The translations under genes and the position numbers were made by a program. Positions 1 through 12,692 of a stretch of DNA of 64,000 bases are shown here, piece after piece. The first letter of the stretch is position 1, and the number at the start of each line of letters is the position of its first letter. The DNA comes from Catajapyx aquilonaris (taxonomy: Eukaryota): contig KZ539491.1 of NCBI GenBank assembly GCA_000934665.2, positions 1 through 64,000 on the forward strand, given 5' to 3'. The notes below the pieces were generated by a model. The model worked only from the letters and a program-made list of their open reading frames with translations, was not told where the DNA came from and searched no databases.

Positions 1-41
1 GTGACTGGATGGTTTTCATATCGGAATTGTGTGGGTAAATT

Positions 42-270
42 TGTCGATCAAATGACTGTCGGTGAAACGCCCTGTCGGGGAACTCCTTGTCGGTGAACTC
101 CTTGTCGGTGAAATGGCTTGTCGGTGGAATGGGTATGTCGGTGAAATGAGTATGTCGGTGAAATGGCTTGTCGGTGAAATGGCCTGTCGGTGGAATGGGT
201 ATGTCGGTGAAATGTCTGTCGGTGAAATGGCCTGTCGGCCAGGTGGGTGTCGGTGAAATGACCCGCTCCG
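42..270. repeat. Tandem array of ~14 units of 15-17 bp (core TGTCGGTGAAATG); probable terminal arm of a foldback/Mutator-like DNA transposon
   Basis: TGTCG(G/A) cores at 42, 57, 73, 88, 103, 119, 137, 153, 169, 185, 202, 217, 233 and 248. The array ends abruptly at ...GAAATGACCCGCTCCG (270). The partner arm is not in the window, so the transposon call is inference. Confidence 0.8.
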
Positions 271-1733
271 GGTTATTCTACCTCGTAGCTTCTCCTGTAG
301 TGGCCAGTTCATTTGGAAACTACGTGAATACTGTAGAGTTGACAATGCAAAATATGCAACATGGGATGTTTTTGGTAAAATAGACACTTTTTTGCACTAT
401 CTGACGAAAGAACTATTGCGAAATGTTGTGTCCACTTGACGGAGTTTTTCAATGTTTCTGTCAGATAAAGCGGACATGTCATAAACACAACCCCATCAGC
501 AAGCTTTTTTGTCTCTTTCCTGAATATGTTCACGTTTACAGTGTTCCAACTGGATGGATGTATAGACTATAGTATACGAAGGTACAATGATTTCAGTGGA
601 ACTAAGCTGCGTTTTATTAATCAGTATTTCTAGTAACAGTTATACATAAGGGCAGCAACACAACAGTATACTCTCAGGAGACGAACAGCATCAACAGTTG
701 CCTAGCCACCGCTTGCAACAGTCAACAGTATTGTTGCTATAGGACCCTACATATCTATGATCAGCACCCTTCGTGTACCCTTCCATCCCCGAGGCAGTCC
801 AGAGAAATGTTTTATTTAACCCATACTATTAAGAGTTATATTTGCCTGCCTGTAAGCGGAGTAACTGGTAGATATTGCGGTAATAGTCTATTAAAGTAAA
901 TTATTCCCGCAATTTTGGTAACTAATTGCATCAGTCCTGTTGAACACCCTTTATATTGACATGGGCAAAGTAATAGAACTACAGTGGTTAATTCATGACA
1001 CATATCGGTATATCGTTCACCATTATCCAACTCTGTGCTACGCGCAGATATTTTCATAGGTGTAGAGTATGCAACAAAAGGTTTATATAGTCCTTTATTG
1101 CTGTGAATATATACAGTACCACAAAATACCAATCTCACCGATTAAGCAGTTCTGTAAATACCTGCATCACAAACGTAATCTGGGTGTCATTGTATTAGTT
1201 ATCTATATAATTTTATAAAATAATATGCACGGATAGCATGAATAAGAACATTTCTGGAACAGCGGAATTATACACATTGCTCATAATGGTAATTAATTTC
1301 GTGGTCGTAGTCGAAAATATGTACATCAGTAAAGTTGACCTTGTAACGCTTTTTTGATGTCAATATTACACACCTAGATGCACAATTAACATAACTGACT
1401 GATTCAGTTTTTTCGCCCGGAAAAGTTAGATGGCGTCCGGAAACCTTGTTACGCGTTTTGCGGCATGAGTAGAAGCGTAATCCCCAAGTTTCTCATTACC
1501 TAAACTCTTCTTCTAACTTGATCACGCTACAGTCATTTCTGTTTTCTTTGCCTCTAGTCTTCACCTTGTTTAATTAAGTACAAATTTCTTGCTAGCGACG
1601 ATAAGCTTCTTCAATTAAAGCAGGCTAATGAGTTTGCGTGCGTTTTCGGAGAGGCGCATAATGTGTTTCAAATCCGCGACTGCTGCTTTGTTGCTCTACA
1701 TATACGTGCATATCATCCATAATTGAGCGGTGC

Positions 1734-1790
1734 TTATTTATTTATTTGTTTATTTGTTTGTTTATTCATTTTATTTACCCCGTGGTAGGG
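1734..1790 (-). mobile_element. Degenerate 3' end of a retroposed (SINE/LINE-type) copy with an A-rich tail
   Basis: The minus strand reads CCCTACCACGGGGTAA followed by an (AAAT/AAAC)n tail. CACGGGGTAA is identical to the 3' end of the SINE at 30104-30435. No TSD is visible. Confidence 0.4.
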
Positions 1791-4700
1791 TAGAGTGATT
1801 GTGCGATATTACGCATGCACATGTGATTGTGTCACATTTTTTGGTGTCAATTTATTGTTATTGAAGTGTGAACATATTTTGAGGGACATAATTGAATTAT
1901 AAGATTATATTGTAATATTGTATTGTGGCATTATTTTGAGGGGCTACTCATTGCTTCTGTAGGTCTACTTCAAATGGGGTTTAGAGTTGCATTTTTTTTA
2001 AACTGACTCACAATCGTAATGTAAATGTAATCATAATGAATCAAAATAATATCTAATCACAAAATCGTAGATTATGTGATTAGATATTTGATTCAAATTG
2101 ACCGAAAAATTCAATCAGTTGGAAGAACATTTCCACTCATAAGAAATGGACGTCGCGTGCTATTTCAAGGAGAGTGTGTGGAAACCCCTCAAACACGAAT
2201 ACGTCTAGATGCATTGGCCTGCCCCTAGACTCAAGCGACAACACACACGACACCTCGTAGCCCTGGAGAACGCCTGTCAGATGGACCCGCTCACCTTGCA
2301 ATAGTTCCCTAGGGAACAGGGTATGAGCATGATATACTAAGAAAGAGGCCACCTCTCAAAATCCCATCAGTCAAACAAGCAAGCGGCCATTGGTGTATAG
2401 TGACGTCGAGTCGGCTGACTGATGTCAATAGACATGCCCACAGGGACTTAAAGGTATACGAGAAACCTTAGATCATAAGGATTTACTAGCAATTCCCACT
2501 CGTGTCACAGCACTGGAGCATATATTCACTTGATGAAATGAATGGCCAACCTCCGTTAGCACTTAGCGAGTGGTTTTATTTACTGCATTTGCTGGTGCGG
2601 ACAAAACGCTTCCGCCTGCTTCGGAACAGAAAGCGCCCCCTTTCTAACCCTCCAGTAATGCCTCATTAACCTCGCATAATTTATTAAACCAGAACCGGCG
2701 CCTTATCTGGCATGGTGAATTAGCGGCGGCAGCAGCCGTACCATCGGCATGTCTTTGGTGTAATCACCAAACTCGAGGAGCTTCTTCAATATTGGAGCAT
2801 GTCTGCATGCGTACACAGAACACCAAAAAAGTGCGTTGCAGCCTGTGCTGTTCCAGGCGCCATTCTCATTGGGGGAGTCGAGTTGATCAAAAGCGGTTTA
2901 GAATAACGTGCAATGCTCAAGCGTTTCATCGGGAATTAAATTCGGAACAATGGTTACTGCGCAGGAGGATCAGAGCTAAGGGTGATTCTTGCAACCAGTA
3001 CCGGCATAGGCCAATGAATTAGAGCAAATATCTGATGCTCCAAATGTGAGCAGGGGGAACCCCGGAAAATCGTTCATTCTTTATCTTACACAGCGGAGTG
3101 CGATAACGAGCTTCGGCCACATGTAAAACAATGGAGGTTGTAGAAACCTGGAGAAACACAAAGCAATGGGGTACCTGCTGTGACTTAGGTCTCTTATTTC
3201 ACGCACAATATAGGTTTGGGGAAAATTATGTGGAGGATGGTCTATATGCCTGGATTGGGTCTGTGGTGGGATTTCCCAATGTGGATTGCACTCGGGACTC
3301 TCTAGCTCGGAGAGAAGTTAGATTACAGGAGACATGGAGTATGTCCCACTTTTAAAGTTTACTTTATTTGCAGTAGGCTGGATACACAACAGAGATTGAA
3401 TGTAAGCTTACAAAAATTATGAGAGGGAGAGACTGCTGCAGTGTATGCTTTTTTGACCGTGTGACATTAGCATTACCGTTGCTGAAGTTTTAATTTAAGC
3501 TTGTGCAAGTTTTAATGCGGATTATTTATTATGCATGTTACTAGTTTTGCTAGTCGCTTGGAAGATACTGTTGTGTCGGAAAAAATGTGAGCTGGATTTA
3601 CTTATGCATGGGCACACTATCAGTGTACTCTAAGGGAGAGTAGTATGTATCATTGTGCCAGTTACTTATTAATTAAGGTTCACTTTCTTTACAGCGCAAC
3701 CCAAACGTGTTAGAATCTGGTTAGAATAGTTAAGTAGGATTTATTGCATGTGCTGGAGTGCTAATAGTTTCTACGGGTCTAAATTCCTACCATTCACCTC
3801 TGTGTTCGCCCTTATAAAATCGCTAAATAGAATCAATTATTGATAATGTCATAAGAGCAAGCAGCCGTCAACCCTATTGGTATAGTGGCTGTTGCAAAAT
3901 ATTTTTGCCAATATTTCGCATTTTTTGCCAACCCCTGTCCAACTGCAGCAATCGGACTGGAAAAGAGCGCATCTGAATAAAAAGGGAAGAAATCGGCTCC
4001 GTTTCTCTTCTTCAAGCTCCATCCTCCAACTTGACATCAAGATCAATGGAACAGGGTGTTTGATAAAACCGTGCAAATGCAAAGCGAAGCGAGATACTAA
4101 AATAATTCTTATGTTATCCAATCCGATCAGATCTAGGAAGCACCCCTCCCTCCTTTCCCTTCTTCCATGCAACTTCCCGCCTCCTCAACTTCCAATCGCA
4201 GTCGCCCGAGTTCCCATGAAAAGAGATGTCAATAAGCGGTGACATGAAGATGAAGCTGCCGTAAAATGCGGTAGGATTTTTCAGGCTTTTTTCTCAGTTA
4301 GCGGGGGCTTATGGCGCAGTTTAGCTTTCATTTTTCAAGAAGAGGGATTGGGGCATGTCGAGAGGCTCAAGTGTGTAGCTGGCAGAACAGCAGCAGGCGG
4401 TACACTCAAGTGGTTATAACGGCGTCCGAAATGCTTTTTCGAGAGGAGGGATCCCATATACACAGAGAAAAAAAACACAATCCTTTTGACCCCCCCTGAG
4501 GAAGAAACAATGTGTAAGTATCGGCATCTCGAGGTTGGTACACAATGTCGGAATGTTGTAATGCCACTTTAGTCTGGTTACGAATGTCAAGAGGGGAAGT
4601 TTATTTTTAAGGAGCACTTGCATCAGAAGTACGTCATCTGAAGTGTTTGGGGGCTTCCGGGGATGTGGGTAGAACAGGTTGTATTGTAGGAGAAATTTAC

Positions 4701-5084
4701 TTGTGGTTTTAGATCGTCCTGGTGTTTCATAATGACAAACTTCTGTGCAGCGTAGGATCACTTGGTGCAAAATATCCTGACAGGTATGCGTCCCACAGGG
4801 CATAGGAAATACTAGGTGTTACCATGCATTTTAAAAATAAACGGCGATTCCATTAGGCAATCGCTGAAACAATGATAGTGTTGTAAGCATAACCTACCCT
4901 TTGATGAAGACTCGGAAAATTGCAATTCCCTGAATGGTCATAGAAGTTACTTCCGCCCATATTTCCGCTACAATCATGAACGAGATGCCCGACGCATTTA
5001 AGATGCCAGTTGAGCGTGCTCAGAATACAGTTACACAAGGAAAAATTAATATGAGGCTTAGACAACAGTATGGTGTAAGTATTA

Positions 5085-5228
5085 TATGGGGCTCAAATTC
5101 TTTTGACCACTTTATACTGGTCTTGAAGCAACCCTTCGCACAGGCCCTACGGTGAGGAAGTGCGTGCGTGTGAAGGGCTGCTTCAAGACCAGGATAAAGT
5201 GGCCAAAACAATTTGGGCCCCATAGTAC
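5085..5228 (+). mobile_element. Hairpin MITE family, copy A (~145 bp, ~55-bp inverted arms)
   Basis: Left arm TATGGGGCTCAAATTC...GAAGCAACCCTTC is inverted against right arm GAAGGGCTGCTTC...CCCCATAGTAC, around a ~34-bp loop. Homologous to four other copies in the window. Confidence 0.9.
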
Positions 5229-5370
5229 TATCGGATTCAAATGCTTTCGGCCACTTTATCCTGGTCTTGAAGCAACCCTTCACACACACACCTCCTTAAC
5301 GTGGGGTCTGTGCGAAGGGTTGCTTTAAGACCAGGATAAAGTGGCCAAAAGAATTTGAGCCCCATAGTAC
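5225..5370 (-). mobile_element. Hairpin MITE family, copy B, abutting copy A in opposite loop orientation
   Basis: Shares GTAC 5225-5228 with copy A. It has the same arm core CCACTTTATCCTGGTCTTGAAGCAACCCTTC, and its loop is in reverse-complement orientation relative to A. Confidence 0.9.
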
Positions 5371-7936
5371 GTACAGTACATGGACTGCTGTTGTTAACAT
5401 ATACTGTATAGTATATTACTATGGCCTATTAGTAATTTCTGTGCTCCAAAGCACCAGAAAAGTTTATGCATGGACCATTTTAATTAATTGCTCAACATCA
5501 CACTCAAAACATATTTAAAAATGAAAAAGGCCATGTTCCGTTCTGATAGACCCCTGCACACAACGAAAGGCAATCAAAAAGGCCTCTTAACCGCGCCACT
5601 GCAACAATCAAGACCGTTTGTTTGGACTGCGGCAAGATTTTTATTACTCGTTTTGGAGGAGGAAACAAAAGGGCCAAAAAAAGTGCATGTTTGCCTGGCC
5701 GGAACACTGAGCAAATGTCCCTAATGAGACTTGCCTGCCCCGGGTTTCGCTACGTAAATAGCCTTGAAGCAAGTAGGGATAAGCCTGGCAGAGAGAACCA
5801 AGTCAAGTCCAAGTCCTACTGCTGCCACGATGCAATTTCCACTGATCTGTAATGACTCCCTGAGTTTCGCCCAGCCTAGCCTACATTACACATCTGGCCA
5901 GCGTTGCGGTTTTCAGGAAGACATTGGCACGGGTTGTCTTAAGGGAAAGGTCTCGGAGCCTGCCGGTAATCCGATTTCTTAGCCATGGACTAAATGCAGC
6001 AGCCAAGGAGTGTGGAAGAAATCATTTCCTTCATTCAGAGAGGGCTGTAGTGCGGCGGAAGCTGGCAAGATGAACTCTGGAAGAGAAAAACGAAGGGGGG
6101 GGGGGGTTGTTAGTATGGCCGTCAGGTTGAGGGGGGTCGAAAGAGGCTTTTCCCTGGCTAGATGGGAATTTTGACAGAACCGGATTATAAGGGAAAGGAG
6201 GCGGGAGGTGCCTGAAGAGAAGGATTAAACGGCTCGTTTTCCCACATCGCCACTTATAATCCCAAGTTGGCTTCCAACCCGATTATAGAGCAAAACTTGG
6301 CAAACTCATCTCTGGTGCACATGTCAAGATGATGACATTTGCATAGATTGCAATCAGGAAAGCGGACTTGATCAAGTTGCGCGGATTTACTCTTCAATTT
6401 GCACGCCTCCCCAGGCCGATTAAAACCTCTGGCTGACACAGGAGCTGTTGTTATCAAATAGAGGGTGTAGTATTGCGACGGTGTGGTTGGACGGTCTTTT
6501 GTTGTCCAGAGAGGACACGGGACTTGCATCGTCAAGTCTTCTGCCCTCCGGTGTTGACTATTCAGTGGGCGTATCCGAATGGACAAGGGCGCTTCAATTG
6601 CGCTCTTTGGCGTGTTGAATTGGGGGACTGGTCCGACATCGACTATTTTCATTGTCGTATCATCAAGTCGTTTCTCTGCCCATAAATTCCATCGGAGCGG
6701 CTCACTGGAATACTTGGACTATGACCGAGAGCCATCGATCTAGGATTTACCATACGGAGACTGGCTGGCGGGGGAGGCATGTTGTTCGAGTAAGATATGA
6801 ATAATGCCAGCTCTAAATTGAGACAAACATATACCAACCTGGTTGCCTCCTTGGGGTATAACTTGAAGCTGAAAGGAATCCTCCTGGCAGTCCTGTCTTT
6901 GCTCTCCGGCATATCGATATTTGCGCCACCCGCATGGCATGTGGATTAAGCGAATCTGATATATTATTTAAAAATCAACTCGAGTTTGGAAATGTTTGCT
7001 CTGTAGCCTCCTGCGACCTCTTCCATTACAGATTTACAGCTACTGCAAACTTCCTTGTAGCTCTAATGACCGACCTGTGAGTACAAATTGTGACGTATAG
7101 CCAGTGCAATTGTAGAAAGATGCAAAATTCTTGTGGAGATGATTTAACACGAATAGTGCAAAATAGCTTAAACAGCTGACTGTGAGTCGAATATGTCTCC
7201 GTACAGTACTGTACATACTCGTGGAAAAATAATGTTAACGACCATACCTATAGGTCCTTTAGCAGTCTGTTTCTCGGCGCCAACTAATGAAAGAACCCCC
7301 CCTTTCCACCTGTACCTTTACTCGCTCTGGTAATTTACTTGCAGACTAAGCTGTAGTCTAATGATTCTTCTAATGCCCCTTTCCCTTTAGTCCTAAGAGC
7401 TCGGTATATGTTACGAGCTTGTAACTGCGAAAACTCTTCCTGCCTTTTCTCGTGAACGAAAGTTGTTCGTAATTTTGGCTATTAATGTCACGTGCTCTTA
7501 ACATACACCCTGCAGAATATATTAATGCCAACACCTAACAGGTGCAATCACTAGATTGGAAATATCAGGCATGGCAAAGTAGGACTTTTTCTCCCTTTTT
7601 CTCACAGACAGGCCTGTATAAGCAGTACAACAGAGACGATTTGACGCTACACGCTTGTCATATATGAATCCTTTTTATTCAACTCGCAATATTACCAGCC
7701 TTGTTTCTTTCGTGAAGCGTGATGAAGATGAAGATGAAATTGAAAAGTTCCTGCGTCGGATAGAAATTGACGTGAAGAGGGAGGGCATAAGAAATATTTT
7801 ATAGCAAGGAAGATTCGTCCCTATAACAATATGCAGTTTCCTTCCTTTCAACTGCTGGAAGAAGCGCCATTCTGAACTTTAACATTTGGCCACATATTGC
7901 ATGATCACGCTCTATTTGGTGCTACAATGTATATAA

Positions 7937-7966
7937 TCCTTTTTTACTCTCTTTTCACAGGTAGGT
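7937..7966 (+). other. Candidate recursive splice site (3'SS immediately followed by 5'SS)
   Basis: A ~20-nt pyrimidine tract leads into CACAG|GTAGGT (AG at 7959-7960). Possible downstream donors lie at 8025 (GTGGGT) and 8041 (GTAACG). Confidence 0.5.
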
Positions 7967-8843
7967 GAAGCTGGTGGGAGCCTTTGCATGAACTAATTGA
8001 GATCCTCTCGCAATCTACACGAACGTGGGTGCCGTTAATGGTAACGTGAAACAAACTTTTTTCCTTTCTCACCCCCGAATTCAAGGGAGTACTTGAGTCA
8101 ATTTATTCCCTCATTCTGTTTTGAGCTCAGGAGAATGCGCACTTGAAGACCTCCATTGTCAGACAGATTCTGCGAAACTGCGTTGTTACCCGTATGTATA
8201 TTTCCGGAGTGGCGCAGGGAAATTGCAGCCACAGGTGAGATTCCTAGACCCCCCTAGTTCGTAAGCAATGTTTACGAGTTTCTGGCAAGAGCCCAACTCC
8301 ATCGAATTGACTCTAAAGCCTTGGATTTCCGCCTTTTGTATGGAGAAAGGCTCAGTGTTGATTCCACGAAATGGCTACAGTCAACTTGATTAAAGGAATA
8401 GGATTGAATACGACGCTACGAATTGGACGTATAGGCACTATATTCCTCCGTCGCAATTTTGTGTGCCATTACGCTTTGGTGGCTCCATTCGAGCCGCTTC
8501 TGCCGGCTCTTTGTTTATGATTAGAGCCGGATATGTAGGGGAATGGACCGTATCATGAGAATCCGTTTCTAAAGTAGGCTATAGCTTTCAACAGGCTTCA
8601 AAAAATGCGTGATTATACCATATTGTGGCCATGACATAAAGGAAAATACTGGTAGTAATAAAATGAAATAAACAATAGTAAAAATAATAATAATACAGAC
8701 CTACCAGTTTGCTTATCGTCGGAATAAGTCAAATCCATTAAATCCGAAAAATCAGTTTTGAGATATTCCAGAGCAAAGAATTGGCCCTGCACTTGCATAC
8801 AATGCTAATGAAGGCAGAAAATCCTGACTTACTGGCTCATTAA

Positions 8844-9086
8844 AGGCCTTTATGCACAAAGGAACCAGGCGCCATTTTCTTTACTTGTGGCAGCAGCCAT
8901 CTTGGAATGAATACTGGTTCCCTTGAACAGATTGTGCCTATTATATGGGTTCATCATCTGGTCGTTGCCTTAAGAGGGCAGACTTGTTCTTTTTTGCAGA
9001 ATTTAAGTTACTCATTCGCGTACCATCACAGACGGTTATCTCAATATTGTGAAAATGGCGCCTGGTTCCTTTGTGCATAAAGGCTT
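8844..9086. mobile_element. MITE, 243 bp, 36-bp terminal inverted repeats (TIRs)
   Basis: AGGCCTTTATGCACAAAGGAACCAGGCGCCATTTTC (8844-8879) matches the reverse complement of 9051-9086 at 35/36 positions. Flanks are AT-rich and the TSD is not cleanly resolved. Confidence 0.85.
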
Positions 9087-9185
9087 TATGAATCTTTAGG
9101 ATTCAATGTGCAGAACATGCTACTCTAACCAGCCAAAATTGGACTTATCACTTGTTTGGCGACGATACATAGTGAATTAAAACTA

Positions 9186-9231
9186 AGGGCCCATGGCCCT
9201 ATACGAACGAGGAAGAAAAATAAATAAATAA
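9186..9231 (+). mobile_element. Extremely 5'-truncated retroposed insertion (stem-loop plus (TAAA)n tail)
   Basis: A perfect 17-bp TSD ATAGTGAATTAAAACTA lies at 9169-9185 and 9232-9248. The insert is AGGGCC-CAT-GGCCCT-ATACGAACGAGGAAGAAAAA(TAAA)n. Confidence 0.85.
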
Positions 9232-10944
9232 ATAGTGAATTAAAACTACAAAATAATGTTAAAACTCATAAAACTGACAGTGATCAAAGACGTCTTATTC
9301 CTCAGCCAGTGTGAAGGCAATGTGACTAATGCGGCGTTTCCAAATCTAGGTCGGTTCCTGAATAGAAATCCAGTGATCCTGCAGTTATCTCTGGTCAGGG
9401 ATAGCTAGAAATCTCCTAGGATTAAGGAAGCGTTTCCGAAGTGCCTGGCGAATTGCAAGTTACGGAAGAAACTGGTTAACCCTAGGAGGGCAGGGGGAAA
9501 AGCCCAGGATAATCGTTAGGGAGATGGCTTTCAATTAAGTCTCATTTTATATGTTTTCCGACCCAGTAATAACGGACTTATTACCGCATTATCAGTTTTA
9601 ATGGGCTAAACTAAGCTGAGGAGCCATAACCGGAGCTGTTGCATCTTTAATGTGCTGTGTGATGTTCTCTCTTGGTGGCGGAGTCGTTTCGAATTCAAAC
9701 CCTAATTTCTGCACAACCCAATTGATTTCTAGTCCAAAGAAATAATTCTGGCGACCTCTTCAACTAAAGACTGTCCTACAATGAGACACGTTTTACTGGT
9801 ACTGGATACATGGAGGTGTTACGAACCTAAACTCACTTTTGCTACTTTGTGTTTAACGCTTGCATTTATTTGCCCGAGAGCCAGATGGGATCATCATAGT
9901 TGTATTGTGTTCATAATTTTTCCGCCTGCTTCCGTGGTGTCATTTCCATAATGCTCCAATATGGGATGTTCAATGCTATTCTAATCATCACGAGCAGCTT
10001 TTTTTTTTTTACATTGCCAGGGGGAATGTGGGGGCCCTAGCAATTTTTATTTACATTGTATTTTTCCCCGGTTCTTAACGGGTCTCTGCGAGTTTTAACT
10101 CGGGCAAAAAAATGGGTGCGTGTGCGATTTGTGTAGCTAGCACTGCATGACATGGTCTGCATGCAAATTTTTGGGCTGAAGTGGAAACCGTCTATTAGGC
10201 TATATGTACGCACCCAGAAATCCGAGCAGTCGTCCGTGAACAACAGACTAATTTCAAATTGCCGTAACCATCAAAATGAAGCATAAAAAGCGAGTACCAG
10301 AAATTGAAGCAGCGTAAGGGCTTATGAGCGCGGATTCACGCCTTTATCACGTATATTTTGCACCAATTTCGAGCTACGGAATATTTTTATACCTGGCCCA
10401 TACTTGTAATTTTTTTATATTAGTACAGCTTCAAGGATTAATTTTGGAGAAGCTCGGCAAAAGGTCACAAATTTACGCATAAACTTATGTAGGATATTGC
10501 CTCAAAGTGTGCCTTCATTTTTTAGGTCAACAGTGTCATTGCCAATTTTAGTCTAAATTATTTATAGTTCATGCCTAGTGTATATGTGCTCTTTTGATAC
10601 ACCTGCCAGAAAGGTGCACTTTGGTCTCATTTCTGGACATGACGGAGAGTGATTCGCCCAGCGATTCATGCCGTCGATGCAAACGTGACGGTTGTGACAG
10701 TTCATTAAATTTGCCATCACATCAATCAACGCGGTGTGTTTGAGAAGCGGCAGGGGTTTAAGTTGATATATTCAAATGGGTTGACTTGAGTATATGCTAC
10801 AGTATTGCGTATGTGCCGTACAGGTAATATGGTGCGGATGATGGAGAAGCCCTGCTGTGCTGATGGCATGCCAACGGGTAGCAAATATACATACTACTTT
10901 GGAAGGTCGCCAGTCACACTATCACCTTCCGCTTTTTTGTCCAG

Positions 10945-11038
10945 AGTCAAGTCAATTGGTAGGACCAGCCGTTTGGGATTAATATTATTCGCGAATTCGT
11001 CACATATGGAGAGCAAACCGTTGTCACATCATGAACAG
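10945..11038 (+). other. Candidate 94-nt internal exon of an unidentified host transcript
   Basis: Acceptor CCTTCCGCTTTTTTGTCCAG| and consensus donor CAG|GTGAGT. One frame is open (VKSIGRTSRLGLILFANSSHMESKPLSHHEQ). No homology recognised. Confidence 0.25.
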
Positions 11039-12692
11039 GTGAGTAAGTCTTTCAGTCACAATTAACCGAGTCCACAGTCCCACTAGTGCGGTATGGGATT
11101 GCGGTTCTGGTTCCTGCAGCATCGCTTCAATGCACAAGTAACGGAATGCATGCGGTTAAACTTGCAGCAATGCCCACCTATCTGTCCTACACTCAGACAT
11201 AGCTTATCCTGCCCCATTTCTACGAGGCACATACTTCTCTCAGGTGTTTGCCCTTAGTGTCGTACGACACACAACCGGAACAGTACTCGGCCATTACGCA
11301 CAATACCAAACAGCTCCATGCAGTTGCGGACCACTTGTACAGAGTGTCACAACCACACAGTTTTATTCCTAGCCCTTTGCGGCAGGGCTCCAATATGTTT
11401 TTTTTTAAAGAGCCAGTAAATTATGCGCCATTAAGAATTTATTGTCACGCAGTAATGGCTGCAGCATCGCATTTCACCATCTATAAATGCAGTTCCAATA
11501 TCTGGTGGGTGCCGGATCATATCATAAAACGCGTGCGTACAAGCCGTTGACCCGGACACACTGTACACTCCCCGGGTAGTGGGCTAAAAGGGACCAAATG
11601 TGCCCAGAGTGGGAGCTCAAAAATCTATTCCGCTAGATACCCTTGCAGAATCATCCCGTGGAGGGTCATTCGGAATGAATAGTTATCGATTGCAGGCCCG
11701 GTGCTTATAATAACGTGCAAGGGCAGCCTGATATTCCCAGGAGCTTGGTGTGCTGCCATAAATCGGCCATTTTATCTCAAGGTGGTGGAGGGGGGGGGGG
11801 GGNTCCTGGCCTCAATGATTTGGCTGGGTTCCTGAGAGGAATGACATTTGACGAGGAAATGAGGCGTGTCAGAACCAAAGCGGATATATGGGGAAATGGA
11901 AATGGAGTATTATCCTTCCAGCACTTTTTTTTAGACGGGAAGACTCTAATGACTCTGATAGTGCATGGTACTCGACGGATCCGAATTAGAGGTAATGTTA
12001 ATGGTGATTTGTGCTGGGGTGGAGTGTGTGCTTGTTTTACAGGAGGTATAGTCCTTAACGAGATGGGTTCATCACCAGTAATGGGGAGGGACATTTTTGA
12101 AAATTATTTTTTTGGAACATTTAGCTAGTGGTGCAATGGCGCTTTCTTGCAATGGCTTGATCACGTTAGCATTTATTGGGGGAGAAATATTGCGCGCATT
12201 GTTCGCATGGAGTTTTTCTGGCATGGAAAGCGCTAGTTATAGTGCTGTTTAGAATCCGATATTTAATATTGGACTAAAATTGGGAGAGGAAGTGATATAC
12301 TTTGTTAATGGTGTTTGTTACATACGCATATTTGGTCTCAGGGAAAATGTATTTTGAGTACGTAACAGGGTAGTGACGTAAGTTAGATGTCAATAACTTG
12401 CTGAATCTTTTAAATACGATACCGTATCTTTGTGTACGGTTGTACTATGAAAATTTTGATTACATTATAAAATGAATAGTCGAGCTACATGACTCACGCC
12501 AGTAATTTTGATCAGTTACACTGTGATTTTGAAGTTACTTGTTAGGGCTTCCTATATAGGACAACAAATTAAAGAGTGACAGTCTCTTCTATACATTCAC
12601 GTATTATCTGTCAAAATTGTTTCTGCTCAATGCAACCATCATCACTCTAGTGCTGTCCCCCCTCCCTCCCAACAGTACTACTTCACATTTAT

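Noticed and set aside
16..387. Repetitive ORFs at the window start; possible CRISPR array
   Set aside because: These are translations of the 15-17-bp tandem array. There are no unique spacers or cas genes, so it is not CRISPR.
401..425. CTGACGA...GAAA hammerhead-like core
   Set aside because: Stem II cannot form, and no flanking stems are evident.
7585..7667. Strong acceptor at 7607 followed by a 19-codon frame
   Set aside because: No donor or homology, so it cannot be distinguished from a chance pyrimidine tract.
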